Shown piece by piece: positions 13,960-19,784 of a stretch of 19,784 nt of DNA. This stretch comes from Clostridia bacterium. Lineage in GTDB: Bacteria; Bacillota; Clostridia; Christensenellales; Aristaeellaceae. The stretch's first letter is position 1. Every line of letters begins with the position of its first letter. The notes below the pieces were generated by a model that did no database searches, was not told where the DNA came from, and saw only the letters and a program-made list of their open reading frames with translations. A program made the position numbers and the translations under genes. The stretch is from positions 1 to 19,784 of the forward strand of contig JAUNDF010000030.1 in the NCBI GenBank assembly GCA_030526225.1, written 5' to 3'.

Positions 13960-16128
13960 ATGTCTGTTAAGAATGGCATTTACGGCTGGGCCGGTCAGAT
14001 TGCTCGCATCAACCTGACCACTGGCGAAGTCACCAAGGAAGACACCCTGCCCAAGTATAAGCCCTTCATCGGCGGCATGGGTCTGGGCTACAAGGTCATT
14101 TGGGACGAAGTACCCCTGGAGACCGATGCTCTGGCTCCCGAAAGCAAGGTTGTGTTCGGCGTAGGTCCTCTGACCGCTTCCGGCGTTCCCTGCTCCGGCC
14201 GTCTGAATATCTCTTTCCTGTCCAACTGGTCCAAGGGCAACTCCATCGTTGACGCTCACATGGGCGGCCACTTTGCTCATGCCATGAAGTATGCCGGCTA
14301 TGACGCCATCATTCTGGAAGGCCAGAGCGACAAGCCCGTGTACATCAAGATTGATGACGAAAACATCACCCTGGAGGACGCTTCCCATGTTTGGGGTACC
14401 GGCACCTTCAACACCAACAAGGTGATTGCTGCTGAGTGCGGCGATACCTTCGATGTGTGCTCCATCGGCCAGGCCGGTGAGAACCTGGTGCCCATGTCCA
14501 CCATCATCACCTCTGTCGGCAACTCCGGCGGTGCCGGCATCGGTGCTATCCTGGGTTCCAAGAAGGTGAAGGCTCTGGCTGCCCGCGGCACCGGCGCTGT
14601 GAAGATTGCAGAACCCATCAAGCTGCGTGAGCTGTCCAACTACATGATCAAGGATCTGGTTGGCGGCAACAACAACCACAACGTGCCTTCTGTGCCTCAG
14701 TCCTGGGCTGAGTACTCCGCTACCTCCAAGAACCGTTGGCAGGGTGGCCCCGGCGTTGTTTGGGGCAAGGCTCCCAACGGCCCCGTGGATACCGGCGAAC
14801 AGCCCAGCGGCCAGATTAACGTTGCCGCTATGCGCTGCAACAAGGGCGTATTCGACTTCGGCCATGTGGCTGAAAAGTGGACTGTAAAGCAGGGCGGCTG
14901 CTCCTCCTGTCCCGTTCGCTGCTATACCGAGTACGAAATGGATCCCCTGGCTGATTTCGATCTGCCCACCCACGTTTCCAACACCTGCATGCCCATCATC
15001 TCCGGCAAGAGCATCTTCCCCGGCAAGAGCAACATCCATGACTTCGTGGACGAAGGCGATGCCGGCATGATTCTGGGCGGCTCCATGAGCCGTGCACAGG
15101 ACGAATACGGTGTATGGTGCAACTACGGCAACGTTTACTCTGACTTCTATCGTCTGTACAACGACGGTATCCTGAAGGAACACTTCACCGAGGAAGAGTG
15201 GAACGAAGTCAACTGGCAGTACATGCTGGACGGCGATCCCCGTTGGGCATGGGAGTTCTTCAAGCACATTGCCGAGGGCAAGGGTGTTTGGGCTGACCTG
15301 GGCATGGGTTCCTATTACCTGTACCAGAAGTGGGGCCTGGACGACGCTACCAAGAACAGCGCCGGCAAGAACTACTATGATGAGGTCATCGGCAAGAACA
15401 CCAACGTGACCTACAACGGCTATCCCAAGCATCACTCCTCCGAGGATGCATGGCAGTCCGGTCTGCTGTACAACGCTATGTACAACCGTGACTGCATGAT
15501 TCACCACTGCACCAACTTCGTCCGTTCCGGCTCTCCCTATGAAGAGGTCATCAAGCCCGTTCTGGCTTACTGGTTCGGCGAAGGCGCTACCGACGCTCCC
15601 AAGAAGTACACCCCCATCAACGACGCCAAGATCCGCGTTGCCAAGTGGTCCTTCCTGGGCAAGCAGTGGCATGACTCCGCTACCCTGTGCAACTGGATGT
15701 ACCCCATGACCCTGTCCACCTCCAAGAAGCGCAACTACATCGGCGACCTGGATCTGGATGCCAAGTACATGAGCGCTGTGACCGGCGAAGAATACACCCG
15801 CGAGTCCATCGACTTCGACTGCGAGCGTATCTCTCACCTGCTGCGCGCCATGACTGCCATCTCCTTCAAGATCAACCTGGGCAGCGATAACCTGCGCAAG
15901 GATCATGACGCCATCCCCGCTTGGGTATTCGACAAGGAACCCGACTTCAAGGCCTTCGAAGAGGGCACTGTGAAGATGGACCGTGACGACATGGAGAAGG
16001 CTTTCACCATGTTCTACGAGGCCATGGGCTGGGACACCGAAACCGGCATCCCCACCCGTGAGACCCTGGAGAAGTATGACCTGGCTGACGTTGCCGACAA
16101 GCTGGCTTCCTACGGCCTGATCAAGTAA
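13960..16128 (+). CDS. aldehyde:ferredoxin oxidoreductase (AOR) family tungsto-/molybdopterin enzyme, YdhV-like, no signal peptide
   Basis: AOR N-terminal domain pattern GWAGQIARINLTTGEV...GGMGLG...GPLTASGVP.SGR...KYAGYDAIILEG. CSSCPVRC is the CxxCxxxC [4Fe-4S] motif. AAGGAGG RBS lies 33 nt after the FeS gene. Codon bias is very strong. Confidence 0.9.
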   Translation: MSVKNGIYGWAGQIARINLTTGEVTKEDTLPKYKPFIGGMGLGYKVIWDEVPLETDALAPESKVVFGVGPLTASGVPCSGRLNISFLSNWSKGNSIVDAHMGGHFAHAMKYAGYDAIILEGQSDKPVYIKIDDENITLEDASHVWGTGTFNTNKVIAAECGDTFDVCSIGQAGENLVPMSTIITSVGNSGGAGIGAILGSKKVKALAARGTGAVKIAEPIKLRELSNYMIKDLVGGNNNHNVPSVPQSWAEYSATSKNRWQGGPGVVWGKAPNGPVDTGEQPSGQINVAAMRCNKGVFDFGHVAEKWTVKQGGCSSCPVRCYTEYEMDPLADFDLPTHVSNTCMPIISGKSIFPGKSNIHDFVDEGDAGMILGGSMSRAQDEYGVWCNYGNVYSDFYRLYNDGILKEHFTEEEWNEVNWQYMLDGDPRWAWEFFKHIAEGKGVWADLGMGSYYLYQKWGLDDATKNSAGKNYYDEVIGKNTNVTYNGYPKHHSSEDAWQSGLLYNAMYNRDCMIHHCTNFVRSGSPYEEVIKPVLAYWFGEGATDAPKKYTPINDAKIRVAKWSFLGKQWHDSATLCNWMYPMTLSTSKKRNYIGDLDLDAKYMSAVTGEEYTRESIDFDCERISHLLRAMTAISFKINLGSDNLRKDHDAIPAWVFDKEPDFKAFEEGTVKMDRDDMEKAFTMFYEAMGWDTETGIPTRETLEKYDLADVADKLASYGLIK

Positions 16129-16158
16129 TTCTTCCCAAGTTCACATATGTAACAATGG

Positions 16159-16190
16159 GCGGAGGAGAGCAATCTCCTCCGCTTTTCCTC
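16159..16190 (+). terminator. strong rho-independent terminator of the FeS/AOR operon
   Basis: Stem GCGGAGGAGA / TCTCCTCCGC (10 bp) with a GCAA tetraloop, followed by TTTTCCTCTT. Confidence 0.8.
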
Positions 16191-16219
16191 TTGACGAATA
16201 CCCCCCGAGGGTATATATT
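16191..16219 (+). promoter_or_regulatory. promoter of the acidic orphan gene
   Basis: TTGACG, 17-nt spacer, TATATT, directly after the AOR terminator. Confidence 0.55.
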
Positions 16220-16248
16220 GAAATCAGTAAATGAAAGGAGTGAACGCA

Positions 16249-17058
16249 ATGTTGTTCGGAAGAAGAAAGCCCGGTTTCGCCAAGGAAGTGGACAAGACCG
16301 AAGAGGTTGTGGATTACTTCTGCGACGCCAACGACCCTGCCATGAATCGTCAGGCAGATAACCCCAAGCAGGAAAAGGCAGAAATCATCGCCGCCGCTGA
16401 TGCCGTGATGAACGGTGAAGCCGCACCGGCTGAGGAAAAGGTAAACCTCCTGGATTATATGGAATCCCTGCCCGAGGTTAATGACCCCTTCCCCGCCAGC
16501 GAGGATCCCATGATTGAATCCCCCGAGGAGCACAAGGCCCAGCTGAAGGACGGCGAAATCCTGGCCGAGTTTGTCCGTGAGCGCAGCGCCAATGGTCTGA
16601 TTACCGCCAAGAAGCCGCTGATGAAGGAAGACGAGAATATGCCTGCCATGCTGGAAGAAATGTTCTCTCTGGAATCCTGCGCCGATATCAAGGAAGTAAA
16701 GGGCAACAAGGACGAGTACCTGTACTCCGATGAAAACATGGCCAACAACTACGCCATGATTGCCATGCTGGTTGAGGAAAAGGATATTGCCCGGACCATG
16801 GCTCACATGATTCGGTTCAACGCAAAGACCTATCCCGCCCCGACTCCCCTGTACTACTTCCAGAAAACCCCTTATAACTACACCATGCCGCAGATTCAGA
16901 ACGCGCTGCGGGCCATCCGTTCCAACCCGGATACTCAGGACATCAAGTCCTACACCACCCACAACAACATCGAGTATCTCTACCCCGAAGGCATCATGAG
17001 CTTCAAGTATGCCCGTGCCCTTGCCGAGGATGCAGAGACCGATGAGGCCGGCAACTGA
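16249..17058 (+). CDS. acidic hypothetical protein (269 aa), possibly YdhW-like companion of YdhV-type AOR
   Basis: AAAGGAG RBS with ATG at 16249 (residue 7 of the listed ORF). The N-terminal half is D/E/P-rich and looks disordered. The C-terminal half looks globular (ILAEFVRERS, DEYLYSD, MIRFNAKTYPAP). The position after the AOR gene parallels ydhW in E. coli. The family assignment is from memory and synteny only. Confidence 0.6.
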   Translation: MLFGRRKPGFAKEVDKTEEVVDYFCDANDPAMNRQADNPKQEKAEIIAAADAVMNGEAAPAEEKVNLLDYMESLPEVNDPFPASEDPMIESPEEHKAQLKDGEILAEFVRERSANGLITAKKPLMKEDENMPAMLEEMFSLESCADIKEVKGNKDEYLYSDENMANNYAMIAMLVEEKDIARTMAHMIRFNAKTYPAPTPLYYFQKTPYNYTMPQIQNALRAIRSNPDTQDIKSYTTHNNIEYLYPEGIMSFKYARALAEDAETDEAGN

Positions 17059-17073
17059 TTATCAAACAAATAC

Positions 17074-17104
17074 AGCCGACAGGAGCATTTCCTGCCGGCT
17101 TTTT
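17074..17104. terminator. bidirectional terminator between the orphan gene and the convergent fdhD-like gene
   Basis: Stem AGCCGACAGG / CCTGCCGGCT (1 mismatch) followed by TTTT. Confidence 0.6.
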
Positions 17105-17106
17105 GA

Positions 17107-17781
17107 TTACACAATATGCGATTGACTGCCCCATACTGCAAGATGATCAGAGGCTGCCTTCCCGATGAGGGTGATGTTCAGCTTTTCCGCCCAATGCACG
17201 GCTAAATCGCCGGGGTATTTCCGGCTGAAAAACACCGGAATGCCTGCCATGGCCGCCTTACACAGCATTTCAAGGGAGAGGCGGCCTGTGCTGCCCAGCA
17301 CGCATCGGTGCATATCCCATCCGGCATAAAGACAGGCGGCAATCACCTTGTCTACAGCATTGTGGCGGCCAATGTCCTCACGGAAAATGGTCTGCCCTTC
17401 ACACGCCAGCATCGCCCGATGATTGCCGAAGCTTCCCTTCCCGGCCAGCAGCTGTGCACACAGGTCTTTGATTTCCGCAGGGGTGACAGACTTGCCCACA
17501 GGGACAGGCTGACAGCGCTGCAGCCGCTCAAGAATATCCGCAGGGGGATTGTTCTGCAATCTGGCGGTAACATCATAAACATCGCCATGCCGGTCAAGCT
17601 TCAGCACATCCGATACTGATGCAATGCGGCCTTCTGTCACCAAACCGCCCGCCAGCAGCTCTTCCTGATGCCGGGCAGTACACAGCTTCGGCGACTGCCT
17701 GACGCCGTTCAGCGACCAAAAGAGCAGCGATTCCTGCATGACGGCATGCTCTGCATTGTGCAGGCTATTCATTGGACCCAT
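17107..17781 (-). CDS. fdhD: FdhD-family molybdo/tungstopterin enzyme accessory protein (short form, no CxxC)
   Basis: EDIGRHNAVDKVIAA, GSTGRLSLEMLCKAAMAGIPV and AEKLNITLIG are hallmark FdhD motifs. The start could be ATG 17781 or 17772. Confidence 0.75.
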   Translation of the reverse strand: MGPMNSLHNAEHAVMQESLLFWSLNGVRQSPKLCTARHQEELLAGGLVTEGRIASVSDVLKLDRHGDVYDVTARLQNNPPADILERLQRCQPVPVGKSVTPAEIKDLCAQLLAGKGSFGNHRAMLACEGQTIFREDIGRHNAVDKVIAACLYAGWDMHRCVLGSTGRLSLEMLCKAAMAGIPVFFSRKYPGDLAVHWAEKLNITLIGKAASDHLAVWGSQSHIV

Positions 17782-17791
17782 CCCCTTTTCA

Positions 17792-17827
17792 GCAAAATCC
17801 CCGGAGCCCTGTTGCAGGCTTCCGGGG
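17792..17827 (-). terminator. hairpin/terminator after the guaA-like gene, directly upstream of fdhD
   Basis: Stem CCCCGGAAGCC / GGCTCCGGGG (one bulge) followed by ATTTTG on the minus strand. Confidence 0.5.
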
Positions 17828-17835
17828 AGAAAATT

Positions 17836-18816
17836 TTATTCCCATTCGATGGTTCCGGAGGGCTTGGGCGTGAGGTCATAGAGGACACGGTTCACGCCAT
17901 CCACCTCGGCGGTGATGCGGTCGGTGATGCGATGCAGCAGCGCATAGGGAATCTCTTCGATGGTGGCTGCCATGGCATCCACGGTGTTCACCGCGCGGAT
18001 AATCACAGGGTATGCATAGGTGCGGGCACCATTCTTCACGCCGACGGAACGGAAATCCGGCACGGCAGTGAAATACTGCCACACCTTGCCTTCCAGACCG
18101 GCCTTGGCAAACTCCTCGCGAAGAATGGCATCGGATTCGCGGACGCACTCAAGACGGTCACGGGTGATGGCACCCAGGCAGCGCACACCCAGTCCGGGAC
18201 CGGGGAAAGGCTGACGGTAGACCATGCCATCCGGCAGGCCCAGTGCCTTGCCCACCACGCGAACCTCGTCCTTGTACAGGAACTTCAGGGGCTCCACCAA
18301 TTCGAACTGCAGGTCTTCAGGCAGACCGCCCACATTGTGGTGTGCCTTTACGCCATCGCTCTCCAGAATATCGGGGTAGATGGTGCCCTGTGCCAGGAAT
18401 TCGATGCCCTCCTGCTTGCGGGCTTCTTCCTCAAACACGCGGATGAATTCTGCGCCGATAATCTTGCGCTTCTGCTCGGGCTCTGCCACGCCGGCCAGCT
18501 TGTCAAGGAAGCGGTCCACCGCATCCACATAGACAAGATTGGCGTTCATCTGGTTGCGGAAAACCTCCACCACCTGCTCCGGCTCACCCTTGCGCAGCAG
18601 GCCATGGTTGACATGCACGCACACCAGCTGCTGGCCGATGGCCTTAATCAGCAATGCCGCAACAACGGAAGAGTCCACACCGCCGGACAAAGCCAGCAGC
18701 ACCTTTTTGCCGCCGACCTGCTTTTGGATTTCAGCAACCTGCTCGGCAATGAACGCATCAGCCAAAGCCTGAGTATTGATTCTTGCCATGGATTCCGGGC
18801 GCTTATTGTTTTCCAT
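17836..18816 (-). CDS. guaA: GMP synthase ATP-pyrophosphatase plus dimerisation domains only (GuaA subunit-B-like, 326 aa, no glutamine amidotransferase domain)
   Basis: [16 protein letters not shown] is the PP-loop SGGx[44 protein letters not shown] and the C-terminal PSGTIEWE are also present. AAGGAG RBS lies 6 nt upstream of ATG 18816. Confidence 0.9.
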   Translation of the reverse strand: MENNKRPESMARINTQALADAFIAEQVAEIQKQVGGKKVLLALSGGVDSSVVAALLIKAIGQQLVCVHVNHGLLRKGEPEQVVEVFRNQMNANLVYVDAVDRFLDKLAGVAEPEQKRKIIGAEFIRVFEEEARKQEGIEFLAQGTIYPDILESDGVKAHHNVGGLPEDLQFELVEPLKFLYKDEVRVVGKALGLPDGMVYRQPFPGPGLGVRCLGAITRDRLECVRESDAILREEFAKAGLEGKVWQYFTAVPDFRSVGVKNGARTYAYPVIIRAVNTVDAMAATIEEIPYALLHRITDRITAEVDGVNRVLYDLTPKPSGTIEWE

Positions 18817-18853
18817 AATATGCTCCTTTTTTTGTGTAGGATTTGCTTCCTTT

Positions 18854-18882
18854 ATGATACCAGTCCGGGCAGGAAAATGCAA
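18854..18882 (-). promoter_or_regulatory. promoter of the guaA-like gene
   Basis: On the minus strand: TTGCAT, 17-nt spacer, TATCAT, about 35 nt upstream of the start codon. Confidence 0.5.
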
Positions 18883-19135
18883 GTTCTTTTGCAAAACGAA
18901 TGCTGGTTTTGGTGGATTTGGGTGGGGGTAAGTGTGGGGACTCAATTACTTTTATATCACATTCCACATTCATGCCTTCCTTATCCCGATTCACAAGGCA
19001 CGGACGAATCCTATGCAAAGCAGAAGCTGGACGAGCGAATGGACGAGATAATGAAGCTCTTCTCCGAGAACCTTGATTTGGGTCTGGACGAACTTCGGCT
19101 GAAGTTCCGGGGCAAGAAACCTAATGAATAACAAT

Positions 19136-19190
19136 CCCCGCCGGCGAGAATGTGCAAGTCATTCTTTATACCGGCGGGGTTACTTTTTGT
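19136..19190. terminator. long compound hairpin/terminator
   Basis: Outer stem CCCCGCCGG / CCGGCGGGG, inner stem AGAATG / CATTCT, followed by TTACTTTTTG. Confidence 0.55.
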
Positions 19191-19210
19191 TCTTACCCTT
19201 TTGACATGCG

Positions 19211-19453
19211 TTAGGATTTCAGAAACTCAGTAAAATCAATGGATTCCAGACGATAGAAACAGCTATTGTTGATGCGAATGTTTTCGCAGTCCTTGGCAGA
19301 GGCGATGATATCAGTGTTCAGCAGGATGCTGCCATCGTGGATGACTTCCTGCACGGAGAGGTCACCGAACTCCTTCACCAGCCACATGTTTCCGTCCATC
19401 AGGTGCAGCATCATCATCTTTGGGTTAAAGCCATGTTCGCCAAGCCTGCCCAT
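19211..19453 (-). CDS. small hypothetical protein (80 aa)
   Basis: ORF 22 nt downstream of the SIR2-like gene on the same strand. ATG at 19453 with a weak GAGAG RBS. No motif recognised. Confidence 0.45.
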   Translation of the reverse strand: MGRLGEHGFNPKMMMLHLMDGNMWLVKEFGDLSVQEVIHDGSILLNTDIIASAKDCENIRINNSCFYRLESIDFTEFLKS

Positions 19454-19474
19454 GCAATACAATAACTCTCTGCG

Positions 19475-19784
19475 TCAAAGCACCTGCCGCACCCTCTCCA
19501 GCACCTCACCAATATCCCCATTCACGCAGATGCTCTGCCCCTCAATCTCCTCGGGGCACACGGCCTGCCCCTGATTGATACAGGCATACACTGCATTAGG
19601 GTTCTTCGCGGTCATCTGCCAGAAGGGGTACTTGATAATCACCGGCGTATTGTAGCCCACGCCCAGCTCCAGAAGGAGCATACGGCTGCCCTGATGGCTG
19701 CGGAGGAAATCCTCGTAGCGCTTGGCGGCACGGTGCCAGCCTGCATCCTCCACAAAGCGGCTGTCGGAGCGCAGATTCATGGTC
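19475..19784 (-). CDS. SIR2-family NAD-dependent deacylase/ADP-ribosyltransferase-like protein, C-terminal part (5-prime end outside the window)
   Basis: LLLELGVGYNTPVIIKYPFW resembles the sirtuin Rossmann strand plus G-x-G/S segment. The frame is open to the window edge, so the listed M at 19780 is probably internal. Confidence 0.5.
   Translation of the reverse strand, partial: TMNLRSDSRFVEDAGWHRAAKRYEDFLRSHQGSRMLLLELGVGYNTPVIIKYPFWQMTAKNPNAVYACINQGQAVCPEEIEGQSICVNGDIGEVLERVRQVL

Noticed and set aside
13237-15906. 889-aa minus-strand ORF antisense to the FeS and AOR genes
   Set aside because: It is a shadow ORF. The sense genes have RBSs, clear family motifs and extreme G/C third-position bias, which removes stop codons from the antisense frame. 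The translation is low-complexity (A/G/V/L/H-rich) with no motif, RBS or promoter.
16141-16962. 273-aa minus-strand ORF opposite the acidic orphan gene
   Set aside because: The plus-strand frame has the RBS, the promoter and flanking terminators on both sides. The minus frame would run through the AOR terminator and has a shadow-like G/V/L/H composition.
18901-18940. G-rich tract (GGTTTTGGTGGATTTGGGTGGGGGTAAGTGTGGGG) as a G-quadruplex or regulatory element
   Set aside because: The G-runs are irregular in length and spacing, occur only once, and lie upstream of the mapped promoter. There is no support beyond composition.
17668-18950. Bulk of the 487-aa plus-strand ORF overlapping fdhD and guaA
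   Set aside because: It is an antisense shadow of two well-supported minus-strand genes. Only its extreme 3-prime tail (18960-19131) lies outside them, and that part is reported separately.
18817-18960. Possible purine, ZTP or PRPP riboswitch upstream of the guaA-like gene
   Set aside because: The best promoter lies only about 35 nt from the start codon. The upstream sequence lacks the purine riboswitch core (UAUAAU...CUACC) and the ZTP and ykkC conserved blocks as far as I can judge by eye.
1-19784. CRISPR arrays, IS elements, transposases, integrases, rRNA, large direct repeats
   Set aside because: Reading both strands revealed no repeat-spacer periodicity, no terminal inverted repeats flanking an ORF, and no recombinase-like ORFs.

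Overview
The window looks like ordinary chromosome from a moderately GC-rich, Clostridia-type Firmicute. It shows strong G/C third-position codon bias, GGAGG ribosome-binding sites and near-consensus TTGACA-17-TATAAT promoters. I support about 21 protein genes and one tRNA-Leu(UAA). I found no CRISPR array, IS element, integrase or prophage. Most genes are housekeeping: PflX-like radical SAM, AI-2E transporter, pfkA, YbaK/ProX deacylase, histidine phosphatase, YeiH-type transporter, HD hydrolase, alaS, MATE efflux, DUF218 protein and a GMP synthase ATP-PPase domain. The most interesting region is 11.4-17.8 kb. A tatB-like/tatA/tatC operon is transcribed divergently from a two-gene operon that carries a candidate Moco/Tuco riboswitch. 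That operon encodes a four-cluster ferredoxin-like subunit with a textbook twin-arginine signal (TRRQFLK, AQA cleavage site) and a signal-less 722-aa aldehyde:ferredoxin oxidoreductase (AOR) family pterin enzyme, resembling E. coli YdhX/YdhV. An acidic orphan protein (possibly YdhW-like) and a convergent FdhD-like gene lacking the CxxC motif follow. No membrane anchor or quinol-coupling subunit is visible, so the sequence implies a soluble, exported W/Mo-pterin redox module in a Gram-positive-type organism. Other oddities: an in-frame TAG splits the histidine phosphatase gene, whose homologous reading frame continues to a terminator-backed TAA. The AlaRS lacks the C-Ala domain and carries an internal insertion and a Cys cluster. 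The GMP synthase ATP-PPase gene stands alone, with its own promoter and no GATase domain. Two short codon-biased fragments look like gene 3-prime ends. A partial SIR2-like gene with a small downstream ORF sits at the right edge. All product calls come from motif recognition by eye; no database search was possible.
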